64,000 bases of DNA from Stegostoma tigrinum (taxonomy: Eukaryota), in assembly GCF_030684315.1 (NCBI RefSeq), contig NC_081384.1, forward strand, positions 13,616,818 to 13,680,817. Reading direction: 5' to 3'. Below are positions 1 through 12,640 of the stretch, piece by piece. Within the stretch, counting starts at the first letter, position 1. Each line of letters begins with the position of its first letter. The notes beneath the pieces were generated by a model. That model worked only from the letters and a program-made list of their open reading frames with translations. It did not search any database and had not been told where the DNA came from. A program made the position numbers and the translations under genes.

Positions 1-477
1 TAAAAATCAGCCAACTTCTGTGTTGGAAGCTTAAGTGACTTTTTTAAAGGTGCTGTATGTTCTTTTCAGTACATAAGCTCTTTAGAATTGTTTATGCTCA
101 AAGTGTTTAATACTTTAACTGGCCCCAACTGGAGCTCCGACTCTGTTTTAGTTATGTTGTTTGTTCTGAAATCATCAACTCTGAAATTTGGATTTCTCCC
201 CTCACTGTTCATTCTCTCCAGCTATCTTAGGGTATAGTTCCTTGGCAATGCGTCAGCTATTGTTCAGGTGGCAAGTACTGTTGGCAAAAGATTTTTGTTC
301 AAGGCCCAGATTCAGGCTTGACCACAAAAATCAAGGAGTGTTGCAGAGAGGTTCCATCTGCCTTTTCAGGTAGTTGGAAATGACACCTAGCACTATTTTG
401 AAGACCATCAGCAGAATTGTCTCCTGTATCCTGGCCGATAGCAATCCCACAAAAGAAAGTCCTCAAAAATTGTTTCA

Positions 478-1993
478 CAGATAGTAGGAACTGCAGATGC
501 TGGAGAATGAGATATCAAGGTGTAGAGCTGGATGAACACAGTAAGCCAGGCAGCATCAGAGGAGCAGGAAGGCTAACGTTTTGGGCCTAGACCCTTCTTC
601 AGAAAAGGAGGAGGGGAAGGGCATTCTGAAATAAATAGGGGGAGATGGATTGAGGAGAAGATAGGTGGAGAGGAGACAGACAGGTCAAAGAGGTGGAGAT
701 TGATCCAGTAAAGGCGCATGTAGGTGGGGAGTTAGGGAGGAGATAGTTCAGTCCAGGGAGGACAGACAGGTCAAGGGAGTGCGATGAGGTTAGTAGGTAG
801 GAGATGGGGGTGGGTCTTGAAGTGGGAGGAAGGACAGATTAGGGAGGCAGAGACGAGCTGGGCTGGTTTTGGGACGTAGTAGAGGGAAGGGAGATTTTGA
901 AGCTTGTGAAGTCCATAACGATACCATTGGCTGCAAGGTTCCCGAGTGGAATATGAGGTGCTGTTCCTGCAGCCTTCGTGTGGCATCGTTGTGGCACTGC
1001 AGGAGGCCCAGGATGGACATGTCATCTGAGGAATAGGAGGGGGAGTTGAAATGGTTCGCGACTGGGAGGTGCAGTTGTTTATTGCGAACTGAGGGTAGGT
1101 GTTCTGCAAAGTGGTTCCCAAGCCTCTGCTTGGTTTCCCTGATGTACAGGAGGCCACAATGGGAACAGTGGATACAGAATACCACATTAGCAGATGTGCA
1201 GGTGAACATCTGCTTGATGTGGGAAATCTTCTTGGGGCCTGGGATAGGGTTGAGGGAGGAGGTGTAGGGGCAGGAATAGCACTTGCTGCAGTTGCGGGGA
1301 AAAGTGCTAGGTGTGGTGGGGCTGGAGGGGAGGGTGGAGTGGACAAGGGAGTCCCTCTGGAAAGCAGGTAAGGGTGGGGAGGGAAAAGTGGTGGTGGGGT
1401 CAGATTGCAGATGGCGGAAGTGTCGGAGGATGATGCTTTGGATCCGGAGGTTGGTGGGGTGGTATGTGAGGATGAGGGGGATTCTGTTTTGGTTTTTATT
1501 GTGGGGAGGGGGTTTGAGGGATGAGTTGCAGGAGACACAGTCGAGGACATTCTCGACCACTGAGTGGGGGAAGTTGCGGTCCTTGAAAAACGAGTACATC
1601 TGAGATGAGGACATCTCCCCTCCCCCTACTGCATCCCAAAATTGGCCCAGCTCATCCCCTCCTACCTAACCTGTCCTTCCTCCCACCTATCTGCTCATCC
1701 CACCTCAGGCCCCACCCCCATCTCCTACCTACCACCCTCATCCCGTCCCCTTGACGTGTTCATCCTCCCTGGACTGACCTATCTCCTCCCTAACTCCCTT
1801 TACTAGCTCCATCCCCGCCTCTTTGACCTGTCTGTCTCCTCTCCACCTATCTTCTCCTCCATCCATCTTCTATCCCTCTCCCCATCTCTCCCCTCCCCCA
1901 TTTCTGAAGAAAGATCTAGGCCCGAAACGTCAGCGTTCCTGCTCCTCTCATGCTGCTTGGCCTGCTGTGTTCAATCAGGTCCACACCTTGTTA
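478..1993 (-). mobile_element. 5'-truncated Penelope-like element (Neptune type) with GIY-YIG endonuclease remnant and inverted pLTR
   Basis: ORF 790-1614(-) has RIPLILTYHP, CxxC, and FTCTSANVVFCIHCSHCGLLYIRETKQRL..HF motifs of PLE GIY-YIG endonucleases. 1615-1993 is an inverted copy of the 3' terminal region. Imperfect TSD tcctcaaaaat..ttca at 460-477 and 1994-2011. Confidence 0.85.
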
Positions 1994-2883
1994 TCCTCAA
2001 AAATAACTTCATTGGACATTATCTTATTTGTTTGAGGGAGTCTGGTGTGAGTAAATATCTGCTGCATTTCCTTTGTTACAATGGAGATGCTTAAAAGTAC
2101 TTGATAAGCTCTAACATGCTTTGAGATATTAGGTAGTTACAACAAGTGCTATAATAATGCAAAGTCCTTGTTTACCTCCACTATCTTCCTCAGAAATCTG
2201 TGAGATAGAACAAAATTCATACACTGAAGTACTTTCACAAGTTAATTCACAGTCCCTTTATCCCCCTTGAGCACAGGCCATGTCGCTTGTTTTACTGCCC
2301 TTGAGATAAAACAAGGTATCATGGTCAATATTTATTTGGATATGAGTGATGCGGGTCTATTTCTGACTTAATGCTAGTCCTCTGCAGTGGAATTAACTGT
2401 CAGATACTAAGTAAAGCCAAATGTTGTCAGGGTGCATTGGTAAATGAATGGAAATGGTTTTGAGTGCTCATGTCAACAGTATTTCTGTACCACATAATTA
2501 TGCAGTTGCATAAGTTTCCAAGGGTCTGGATATGAGATTGGAGAATATAAGAGCTTATTTGTCTTGGTAGTCACATCATTATTAAAGAGAACTTCTTATA
2601 CTACACACATACACTTAAAATTCATGAAGTATATTTACACATAACTTTATTGGAACTTTATTTGACACTTTACTGTCAAATAAATAACAAAGTTATGATT
2701 AATTAATATCACATTACAATGTTAACACATTATCATTGATCCCCATAAAACAGTTGCGACTGGGAAAAGATCATGCCAGAAGTCTCTAAAATATACCAAT
2801 GTGGTATTGAGTCAAGATATTCATGATTAAACTAAGTCATTTATTTTCAGCTCATGTGTGGTAAACCAAGAAAGGTTTAGCTC

Positions 2884-2923
2884 ATTCTGGAAATGTCTGG
2901 ATTCCTGGCAGTAGAATATATAA
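2884..2923 (+). promoter_or_regulatory. Proximal heat-shock element + TATA box, copy 1 (distal HSE eroded)
   Basis: aTTCtgGAAatgTCtgGAt followed by TATATAA 2917-2923. The distal HSE homolog near 2772-2797 is degenerate. Confidence 0.75.
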
Positions 2924-3016
2924 GGTGTGTGGCCTGTGTGCAGCAGCAGATCAGAGGCTGACGACTGGGAGATCACATCAGTCAGTTTGAGAGACGTGAG
3001 AGAAGAAGCAGAGACA

Positions 3017-3673
3017 ATGCTGAGCTTTCGATCTTTCCACCCTTCACGCCTGTGCCAGCAGCCTGTGTACACATTGGGGCCTGTTGAACACAGGCTCTGG
3101 GAGCCGCTTCAATGTAACGTGTGGAAACAGGTGGAAGAAGCGAGAAGGAGCATGAACTTCATGAATCGAGTCCTTGAGTTGACAGCAGAATTTTTCGGGG
3201 AAGTGCCAAAACATCAGGATAACAAGTCCGATGCTAATGGAGAAAGAAAAAGACATTCTGAAGACAAAGATGGAGATGGCTTTTCTGTGTCGCTGAATGT
3301 CCAGGGCTTTCCCCCAGAAGAACTGAGGGTGAACGTATTTGGAAGAAAAGTGCTGGTGACAGGAAAACACAAGAAGAAATGTGATGATGGCAGCGGCTCT
3401 TACAGCTACAAATATGAAGAGTTCAGGAGAGAATTCCAGCTGCCAGAGGGTGTCGATGCTGAAGTTCTTCGATGCTGTTTGTCGCAGGATGGTCGGTTAA
3501 AGGTTCAAGCCCCAAGCCTGGCATTGCCAGCTGTGAATGAACGGACCGTCCCCATCAACATCACCTCAGACACGACAACTACTCCCCGGCTCATTCCTGA
3601 CCAAGAAGCAAAGAAACAGGAGAGTGGGAGGGATGTGGGAAACAAGAAAGATGAAGAACAGATGGACAATTAA
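3017..3673 (+). CDS. hsp30: Small heat shock protein HSP30-like, copy 1 (218 aa, intronless)
   Basis: Alpha-crystallin domain (FSVSLNVQGFPPEELRV..VTGKH..YEEFRREFQLPEGVD..LSQDGRLKVQAP) and C-terminal VPINI motif. ATG in gacaATG context downstream of HSE/TATA. AATAAA at 3839. Confidence 0.92.
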   Translation: MLSFRSFHPSRLCQQPVYTLGPVEHRLWEPLQCNVWKQVEEARRSMNFMNRVLELTAEFFGEVPKHQDNKSDANGERKRHSEDKDGDGFSVSLNVQGFPPEELRVNVFGRKVLVTGKHKKKCDDGSGSYSYKYEEFRREFQLPEGVDAEVLRCCLSQDGRLKVQAPSLALPAVNERTVPINITSDTTTTPRLIPDQEAKKQESGRDVGNKKDEEQMDN

Positions 3674-5506
3674 AACTCAGTCACAATGAAGTTTTTTAGA
3701 TATTAGAATTGTTTTTATACAGTAATGAATTTCTGAGACCACGATGAAAGTATATTGCTGAAAACCAATTGTCTTCAGCTTGTCAGTATGTACTGTCCTA
3801 TTATCATCTGTGTGTTACTTACGTATGTATTTTGGGAAAATAAAGACTTTTTTAAATTTATGACAATGATTCTGCCTTTTAACCTCATAAAATGAAACTG
3901 ATACATCATTGAAGATCTTAACACTGACAGTTTCTCAGTTAAGATAAAAACATAATTTATTGAGATCAATTTAGCACAGAAAAGGATTCAACATGTGAAG
4001 ATCTGCCTAAACTCAATTCTGTCAATGAGATCAAACTGCAGTACACAGCCAGTACAGCAAACTTAAGGAATCTCCCTTCATGTTCACAATGAGCCAGCAA
4101 CAACAGCCTGCTGTCCAACACAGACACTAGTCACTGCACCACTCAGTTACTGGATGGTGGGAACTGATTTCATTGGGGTTAAAAAATCAATATAAATATC
4201 TGGGAAGTAAAGCAACTAATCATAAACAACTTCTGTAAACTTCTGGTTGAATAAAGTTATGGACAATGTTCTCAAACACAAGGAGTAGGAACAGGAGTGA
4301 GCCATTCAGCCCTTGAAGCCTGTGAGGTGATTCACTAATATCACAACTGATATGATGATAGACTTTACTCCAGTTTTCTGTCTATCACAATAACCCATCA
4401 CTCCCAGATTAACAATAATGTTACCCACACAACTGAATATATTCAAAGATGCAACATCCGGTGCTCAGTTGGAAAGAGAATTCAATTTAACGACCCAATA
4501 ACAGAAGCGGTTACTCCTGACATGAAGAGAACTGTTATTTTCAAAGAGTACTCCCTATTTCTAGATTTCCGCAAGAGCTGGTCCATCTTTTCAGCAAGCG
4601 CAATCTCAAGTTCCCTCTGAATGGCATGTTTCAATAAGGGTTCAAAGGTCAATACCAGTCAGCTGTGTAATATTCTCCTTAGCATAAGGCAGTGGCCTTG
4701 TTCCGTCATTAAATTCACTGTGTTACATTGACAAAGAAAAAAACTCATTGTATAGCTGCAAGAAACATCAACTACCATTTCAACAATCATTGATAGAAAG
4801 GAGCAATATCAGAGCAGAATCCAAAAGATGTGTTATATGTGGCACAAATGTCAAATAAACTATAGCTGTTTAGTGATCTAATATATTAAAATATGTTGTT
4901 TGTCTCAATGCAGGTAAAAAAAGGAATTATATATAAACTCGTAAAGGTATAATTTCCAGTAATTAGGATAGTAGTGTGGAGTATGTGTGTACCAGCAAGT
5001 GAGTGAGTAAGTGTGATTGGATAGCGCTTTCATAGACATGACACAGGCCTGATGGAACTAATAGCTTCCCTTTGTGGTGTGTGAGACTAAAGCTACCAGA
5101 GTGTATTATTCACTTTCTATTTTTGGAAATCTCATATCACACCATAGTTGGCCACAGGGTTTGGTAATTTTGAAAGACACAGCAGCTAAATTTCTAAATA
5201 GTCATTTTAAATATATTTTTTCTTTATAAAAAATGAGCAAAAGGCCTAAGAGAAGGAATCAATACATTCGAGAACTTAACCATGACTGTTGTGTATTTCA
5301 CTCCATTGCAAATTGATAAATGTCACTTCAATCTCATCTAAATCATTGAAAACCAAATACTGTCTCTTCTTTATGTCATGCCATGAATTGATACTTCAAT
5401 AAATCAATCCCATCTCTGAGCAATCCTCACTTTCCTGCATTGATTCTGTTTTCCACTCGGCTGTCAATCATTAACGTGTGTGTTCAGTCTGTGCAGTCAC
5501 TGCCAG

Positions 5507-5679
5507 TGAACATTCCAGAAGTCCCTGGAATTCCTCCAGTGAGTGTCACTGAGTCGAGTCATTCCTTTTTAAACGAAGCCAGAGGTGAGACGTCATTTAT
5601 TTTCAGCTCACATGTGATAAACCCAGCAAAGTTTAGCTCATTCTGGAAATGTCTGGATTCCTGGCAGTAGAATATATAA
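5507..5679 (+). promoter_or_regulatory. Distal HSE, CRE-like site, proximal HSE, TATA; copy 2
   Basis: tGAAcaTTCcaGAAgtccctgGAA; gagACGTCA; aTTCtgGAA; TATATAA 5673-5679. Confidence 0.8.
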
Positions 5680-5772
5680 GGTGTGTGTCCTGTGTGCTGC
5701 AGGAGATCAGAGACTGACGACTGGGAGATCACATCAGTCAGTTTGAGAGACGTGAGATAAGAAGCAGAGACA

Positions 5773-6432
5773 ATGCTGAGCTATCGGTCTTTCCATCCTT
5801 CACACCTGTGTCAGCAGCCTGTGTACACATTGGGGTCTGTTGAACACAGGCTCTCGGAGCCGCTTCAATGTAATGTGTGGAAACAGGTGGAAGAAGTGAG
5901 AAAGAGCATGAACTTCATGAATCGAGTCCTTGAGGAGCTGACAGCAGAATTTTTCAGGGAAGTGCCAAAAATTCGGGATAACAAGTCCAATGTTAATGGA
6001 GAAGGAAAAAGACATTCTGAAGACAAAGATGGAGATGGTTTTTCTGTGTCGCTGAATGTCCAGGACTTTCCCCCAGAAGAACTGAAGGTGAAAGTATTTG
6101 GAAGAAAAGTGCTGGTGACAGGAAAACATGAGAAGAAATGTGATGATGGCAGCGGCTCTTACAAATACAAATATGAAATGTTCAGGAGAGAATTCCAGCT
6201 GCCAGAGGATGTCGATGCTGAAGCTCTTCGATGCTGTTTGTCGCAGGATGGTCAGTTAAAGGTTCAAGCCCCAAGCCTGGCATTGCCAGCTGTGAATGAA
6301 CGGATCGTCCCCATCAACATCACCTCAGACACGACAACCACTCCCCGGCTCATTCCTGACCAAGAGGCAAAGAAACAGGAGATTGGGAAGGATGTGGGGA
6401 ACAAGAAAGATGAAGAACAGATGGACAGCTAA
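5773..6432 (+). CDS. hsp30: HSP30-like copy 2 (219 aa)
   Basis: Intact ORF with alpha-crystallin domain; AATAAA at 6611. Confidence 0.92.
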   Translation: MLSYRSFHPSHLCQQPVYTLGSVEHRLSEPLQCNVWKQVEEVRKSMNFMNRVLEELTAEFFREVPKIRDNKSNVNGEGKRHSEDKDGDGFSVSLNVQDFPPEELKVKVFGRKVLVTGKHEKKCDDGSGSYKYKYEMFRREFQLPEDVDAEALRCCLSQDGQLKVQAPSLALPAVNERIVPINITSDTTTTPRLIPDQEAKKQEIGKDVGNKKDEEQMDS

Positions 6433-6804
6433 GACTCTGTTTGAATGAACATTTAAAGATGTAAGAATTGCTGAAAAACTGCAATCAATTTCTGTCAATG
6501 TGCAATGAATATAAAATTTTAATTAAATTAAGTGTTTTGAATGTGGAAAACTGTACTGTGCTATTATCAGCAACCATTTGGATTATTTATATGTGTATGT
6601 ATAGTGAATCAATAAATAGTTTTGAAAGTTAACAATCCTGATTTTACCTTTTACTTGATCAAAACAAAAGTGATACATTACTGCTAGTCTTCACTCAAGA
6701 TCACATTATTCTCAGTTAAGGTAAAGAGAACTTTTCTGTTGAATTAAATTAAAACCCAGGGCACAAAACCACTTGTTCAAGATCTGCTTAAACCTAAACT
6801 CAGG

Positions 6805-7715
6805 TCATATAGTTTTAGAGTCATGAAGTCATGCAGCACAGAAACATACTCTTTGGAACAACTCAACAATGCCCACCAGGTATGCCAAACGTAACCAGTC
6901 CCATTTGTCTGCATTTGGACAATAACTCCACATCTCCAAATACCTTAAAATATAACTCTACCCGCATCAACTACTCTCTCTGCCAGCTCATTCCACAGAC
7001 GCACCACCCGCTGTGTGGAAATGCTGTCCCCCAGTTCCCTTTTAAATATTTCTCCTCTCGCCTTGAACCTATGCTCTCTAGTTTTGGACTCTCCTACCCT
7101 TACAATAATATCTTGACTATTCACCATATCTACACCTCTCATGATTTTATAAATTTTCATCAGGTCATCCCTCAGCGTATTGCATACTGCTCTGGTCACC
7201 ACTCAACCAGAAGAATGTGGATGCTCTGGAGACAGCACAGAAAAGGTTCAGCAGGATGTTGCCTGGTAGGGATGATTTTACCCATGAAGAAATCTTGAAT
7301 AGATGGGCTTGTTGTCACTGGAACATAGGAGGTTAAGGAGTGACCTGATTGAAGTTTATAAGGTTGGGAATGCCATGAACAGAGTGGAAAGTATCAGGAC
7401 TTTTCTCCCTGGATGAAGGGCTCAATTGCTGAGGCGCACAGGTTCAAGGTGGAGAGGCGGAGATTAATAGAGAAGTGTGTTGCGTGTTTTTCATAAAAAG
7501 GGTGGTGAGTGGCTGGAGATGGGTTGCCACAGGAGGTGGTGGAAGTGGACACAATAGCAGCATCGCAGAATGTCCTGGATGAATACAGGGCGAGGAAGGG
7601 AATAGAGGGATACAGACACTGTACGTGAAGACAGTTAGAGTGTGGAAGGGGAAAATACATCAAGGCATGCTTGGAGGTTGAAGGGCCTGTTCCAGTGCTG
7701 TATTGTTCATTGTTC
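6805..7715. mobile_element. Two degenerate CR1-type LINE 3' fragments in opposite orientation (minus ~6805-7200, plus ~7180-7715)
   Basis: Minus ORF LRDDLMKIYKIMRG..TREHRFK..FSTQRVVRLWNEL is typical CR1 ORF2 C-terminus. The plus fragment has the same motifs. Homologous fragments recur in every A/B spacer. Confidence 0.75.
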
Positions 7716-9008
7716 AATCCAAGCGCATGGAAAATAACAGCCAAACCTATCCAGCCTGTCCATACACGTCATCTTGCAATACCGGCAAGAAACTTGTAAC
7801 ATTTTCTGAATACAGGTCAGTCAAGGATATCAAACTATTCTTCAAAGAGCATCCATACAGAGTTCTGCACATGTCAATCTCTTAGACATGGGCTGCAGAT
7901 TCACAGTCATCAGTAACAACAGCTTGTCGTCCAACTCAGACACCAGATTGTACACCACTCAGATAACTGAGGGTGGAAAGCTCATTCATCGTGTGTTAAA
8001 TGGCCTTGTGCCTATTGGGGAGTGTAGGCATTGCTGCTTGCATCAGAAGCAGCTTTTGTGAAGCTTCTTTTTCGATAACGTTAAGGTATTATTCTGGTGA
8101 CCAAAATGAATAGGAACAGGAATAGGCAATTTAGCCAATCACGCTCTCTTCTCTATTCCATAAGGTCAGCAAGAATTTAAATAAAGAATGAAGGAATCCT
8201 GCCTCCTGGATAACTGAACATTAAACCCTAACTTGTACACAGACCTGAATAATTCAATGCTGCAGCTTCCACTGCTCACTGGGGAAAAGATATCAATCCA
8301 ATAACTCTCTGAAAGGAGACAATTCCCCTGATATGAACCATAGATGAGCGAGCCCTAATTTTTAACCTGTGGTCCCGACTCCAGGATTGAACGATGGGAC
8401 ACATACTTTCTGCATCAACAATGTCATGACCCTCTGAAACTAATGTTTTAATTAATGCCCTGATTCCACCGCATCAGGGAGGTGTCTAATACTTCCCTCC
8501 ACAACACCCAGCAGTTTGCTTCCATCAGGACATTTACTGGATCAAGCTGACTGACAAACAAGTGTTTTGCTGTACAGAGAGAAATATTAACAATATCAAT
8601 GGTCCTCGACTGGATGTGGGCAATGCCACATGACATCATTAGACAGTCTTTAAATGCAATGCAAGAGTCACAGAGACTTTCAACTATGTTGAAACTAAAA
8701 TATAGTTGGTTGTTCTTCCTCAGTTGTGCTGTTTCTTTTGAACTAGAAAGGAAGATGTGAATGCAAAGAAGGAACGGATCCAAAGGCTTCTCACAAATTG
8801 GGAATGTACGTATGCAAGCAAAAGGAGAATTTGAAGAGCTTTGGGAGAATATCATAGAAAATGAAAGGAATTGGATAGCGCTTTGAAAAAGACAAATCTG
8901 GCTTTGTGGAATGATTGGCCTCATTTGCTGCTCTGCAGATCTGAAGCAAATGTTGTGCATTCTTTGCATTATAAAGTGGAAACCCGAAATCAAATGCATA
9001 CTTGACAA

Positions 9009-9158
9009 GCAGCATCAGAGGAGCAGGAAAGCTGACGTTTCGGGTCTAGGCCCAAAACGTCAGTCTTCCTGCTCCTCTGATGCTGCTTGGCCTGCTGTGT
9101 TCATCCAGCTCTACACCTTGTTATCTCAGATTCTCCAGCAACTGCAGTTCCTACTATG
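9009..9158. mobile_element. Palindromic mini-Penelope (pLTR-only) insertion
   Basis: Inverted arms centred on gggtctaggccc. 19-bp TSD tcaaa(t/a)gcatacttgacaa at 8990-9008 and 9159-9177. Absent from paralogous spacers. Confidence 0.8.
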
Positions 9159-9553
9159 TCAAAAGCATACTTGACAACAGGGTTTTATAATATTGAAGGA
9201 CACAGGAGTTTCATTTGTCAGTCTTTCACTTTTCAAATAACTTTTTCACTACCACCAATGAGGTACTTGCCTTGGGGACGGATTCAACACTTCATATGAA
9301 TTATATAAAGCAATTTGCATAGCACTCTACCTCAGACTGAAAAACAGCAGTTCAGTCTCAAGGAAGTAATTGTAAAAAGTTATGTAATAAAATACTAATG
9401 ATAACTTATCGTTCTCTCATGACATGATTGACTCTTAAAAGCAATTAGAAAGCTTTATTAATCTAACAATCCTCACATTCCTGCACAGGCTCTGCTTTCA
9501 GCTCAGCTGTCAATCATTAACATTGCTCCTCCCAGCTGTGCAGCCACTGTCTG

Positions 9554-9725
9554 TGAACATTCCAGAAGTCTGTGGAATTCCTCCAGTGGGTGCACTGAGT
9601 CAAGTGATTCTTGTTTCAAGTTAGCCTGAGATGAGACGTCATTTATTTTCAGCTGACATGTGATAAACCCAGCAAAGTTTAGCTCATTCTGGAAATGTCT
9701 GGATTCCTGGCAGTAGAATATTTAA
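9554..9725 (+). promoter_or_regulatory. HSE/CRE-like/HSE/TATA promoter, copy 3
   Basis: GAAcaTTCcaGAA distal, TTCtgGAA proximal, TATTTAA 9719-9725. Confidence 0.8.
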
Positions 9726-9818
9726 GGTGTGTGTCCTGTGTGCTGCAGGAGGTCAGAGACTGACGACTGGGAGATCACATCAGTCAGTTTGAGAGACGTG
9801 AGAGAAGAAGCAGAGACA

Positions 9819-10478
9819 ATGCTGAGCTATCGGTCTTTCCACCCTTCACACCTGTGTCAGCAGCCTGTGTACACATTGGGGTCTGTTGAACACAGGCTCT
9901 GGGAGCCGCTTCAATGTCATGTGTGGAAACAGGTGGAAGAACGGAGAAAGAGCATGAACTTCATGAATCGAGTCCTTGAGGAGCTGACAGCAGAATTTTT
10001 CAGGGAAGTACCAAGAAGTCAGGATAAGAAACCTGACACTATCGGAGAAGGTAAAGTACAATCCGAGGAGAAGGATGGCGATGGGTTTTCTGTGTCCCTG
10101 AATGTGCAGCGCTTCTCTCCAGAAGAACTGAGGGTGAAAGTATTTGGAAGAAAAGTGCTGGTGACAGGAAAACACGAGGCGAAATGTGATGATGGCAGCA
10201 GCTCTTACAGCTACAAATATGAAGAGTTCAGGAGAGAATTCCAGCTGCCAGAGGATGTCGATGCTGAAGCTCTTCAATGCTGTTTGTCACAGGATGGTCG
10301 GTTAAAGGTTCAAGCCCCAAGCCTGGCATTGCCAGCTGTGAATGAACGGACCGTCCCCATCAACATCACCTCAGACACGACAACCACTCCCCGGCTCATT
10401 CCTGACCAAGAGGCAAAGAAACAGGAGAGTGGGAGGGATGTGGGGATCAAGAAAGATGGAGAACATATGGACAGTTAA
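9819..10478 (+). CDS. hsp30: HSP30-like copy 3 (219 aa)
   Basis: Intact ORF with alpha-crystallin domain. Confidence 0.92.
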   Translation: MLSYRSFHPSHLCQQPVYTLGSVEHRLWEPLQCHVWKQVEERRKSMNFMNRVLEELTAEFFREVPRSQDKKPDTIGEGKVQSEEKDGDGFSVSLNVQRFSPEELRVKVFGRKVLVTGKHEAKCDDGSSSYSYKYEEFRREFQLPEDVDAEALQCCLSQDGRLKVQAPSLALPAVNERTVPINITSDTTTTPRLIPDQEAKKQESGRDVGIKKDGEHMDS

Positions 10479-11667
10479 GAATTTGTCTGAATGAATGTCG
10501 AAACATGTAGTAATTGTTGCAACGCAGCAAACAATGTCTGTCAATGTACACTGAAAATAAAAATTTTGTTGTGTTAACTGTCTTGAGCATGAATAATGGT
10601 ACTGTGCTATTATAAACAATTCATGTGGATTATTTATACATGTTTGCATATTGAATCAATAAATAGTTTTGAAAGTTAACAATCCTGATTTTGCCTTCTT
10701 ATTTGATCAAAACAAAAGTACTACAATACTACAAAGAATCTTCACTCAAACTTACATTATTTTCAGTTAAGGTAAAGAGACCTTTTATGTGGGATTAAAT
10801 TAAAACAGAGAGCAGAAAATCAGTTGGTCAAGATTGGCCCTGATCTAAACTCAGATTATGACTAAATATAGTCATAGAGTCATGAAGTTATGCAGCACAG
10901 AAACATACCCTTTGTTCTAACTCAACCATGACCAGCAGGTATGCCAAACGTAACTCGTCCCATTTGCCTGTGTTTGGTCCATATCTTGCTCAAATTTTCC
11001 TATTCATGCACATTTCCAAATATCTTTAAATATTCTAACTGTACCTGCACCTACCACGTTCTCTGGCAGCTCATTCCATTCTCACACTACCCGCTGTGTG
11101 GAAAAATTGTCCCTCAGGTCCCTTTTAAAAAGTTCCTGTTGCCCCTTGAACCAATGCTCTCGAGCTTTGGACTCCCCAACCATTGGAATAAGATCTTGAT
11201 GATTCACCTTTTCTATGCCTCTCATGATTTTAGAAAACTTCGTAAGGTCACCCCTCAGCATATTGCGTACAGTTCTTGTCACCACACCAGCAGAAGGACT
11301 CAGATGCTTTGGAGAGGATACAGAAAGGCTTTTCCAGGAAACTGCCTTGTATGGGCAATTTTAGCCCAGAGTGGAAGGACAAAATATGTCAGCACAGGTT
11401 TGGAGAGCTGAGGGGCCAGGTCCTGTGCTGTATTGAGCATTGTTTGTCAGGAGCTCCTGGAAACAAAAAGTCCTCGCCTATCGAGCCTCTCCCTACAACT
11501 CAATCCTCTCGTGTTAGTAACATCCTCATAAATTGTTTGTGTATCTAGGTCAGTCAAAGATATTAAATTCATGTTGAGGGACCATCATTGAAGAGCTTTG
11601 TGCACCTCAATCGCACAGATGTTTGCAGATTTACAAATCATCAGCAACAAGGGCTTGTCATCCAACT

Positions 11668-12640
11668 CCCTCAGGGTATGTCTTCAGCCCAACCATCATC
11701 AGCTGCTTCATCAATGACCTTCCCCGCCATTGTCAGGTCAGAAGTGGGAATGCTCACCTACGATTGTGCAGTTTTCAGCACCGTTTGCGATTTCTCAGAT
11801 ACTGAAGCAGGCACATTCAAATGCAGCAAGATCTGGACAATCTGGCTTGGCCTGTCAAATGGCAAGTGACATTTGTGCAACACAAATGCCAGCCTATCAC
11901 CATCACCAATAAGAGCCATTGTAACCACTGCTCCTTAACATTCAATGGTGGTGCCATGACCTATACCTCACTATCAACATCCTGAGCCTTATCATTGACC
12001 AGAAACTCAACTCGATTCATCACATAAACACAGTGGCTACAAGAGCAGTCCAGAAGCTGGGAATGCTATGGCAGGAAACTCTCTCCTGACTCCTCAAAGC
12101 CTGTCCACCATCTACAAGGCATGTGTCAGGGCTGTGACGGAATGCCCTCCACTTGCCTGGATGAGTTCGGCTCCAACAACACATGAGAAGTTTGACACCA
12201 TCCAGCACAAAGCAGCGCACTCGATTCGCACCACATCCATAAGCACCCACTCTGTCCAACCCCCACGCTCAGTACCAGCAGTGTCTAATATCTGCAGGAT
12301 GTGCTGCAGAAATTCACTAAAGATCCTCAGACAGCACTTTCCAAACACACATCCACTTCCATCCAAGGGCAGCAGACAAATGGGAACACCACCACCTTCA
12401 ACTTCCCCTCCCAGCCCCTCATCATCCTGACTTGGAAATATATCGGTGTTCCTTCACTGTCATTGGATCAAAATCCCAGAATTGTCTCCCAATTGGTCAT
12501 GTGGGTGAATCCACGGCAGGTGGAGCGCAGATGTTCAAGAAGGCATCTCACCACCACCTTCTCAAGGGAAACCAGGTACGGGCAAGAAATGCTGGCCAGA
12601 CTGCCACTCCCACAGCCCACAAAAGAGTGGAAAATATAAC
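11668..12640 (+). mobile_element. Degenerate CR1/L2-group LINE 3' fragment (RT C-terminus + 3' tail), spacer A3
   Basis: PQG..SCFINDLP..QQDLDNI..KWQV..HLLTPQSLSTIYKA.VR..MEY.PLAW RT motifs, frameshifted. Empty site seen at ~7937. Confidence 0.8.

Noticed and set aside
790-1614. GIY-YIG ORFs (also 57893-58741) as host genes or active elements
   Set aside because: 5'-truncated, lacking most or all of the RT, with frameshifts and TSD-bounded TE structure.
2927-3016. 30-aa N-terminal extension (MCPVCCRRSETDDW..) on most hsp30 ORFs
   Set aside because: It starts at a GTG only a few bases after the TATA box, upstream of the expected transcription start, and copy 2 has an in-frame stop there. The true start is the ATG of MLSY/F.
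9846-10277. Recurrent 93-143 aa antisense ORF overlapping each hsp30 CDS
   Set aside because: Shadow ORF. It recurs only because the copies are near-identical, its length varies and it has no recognisable domain.
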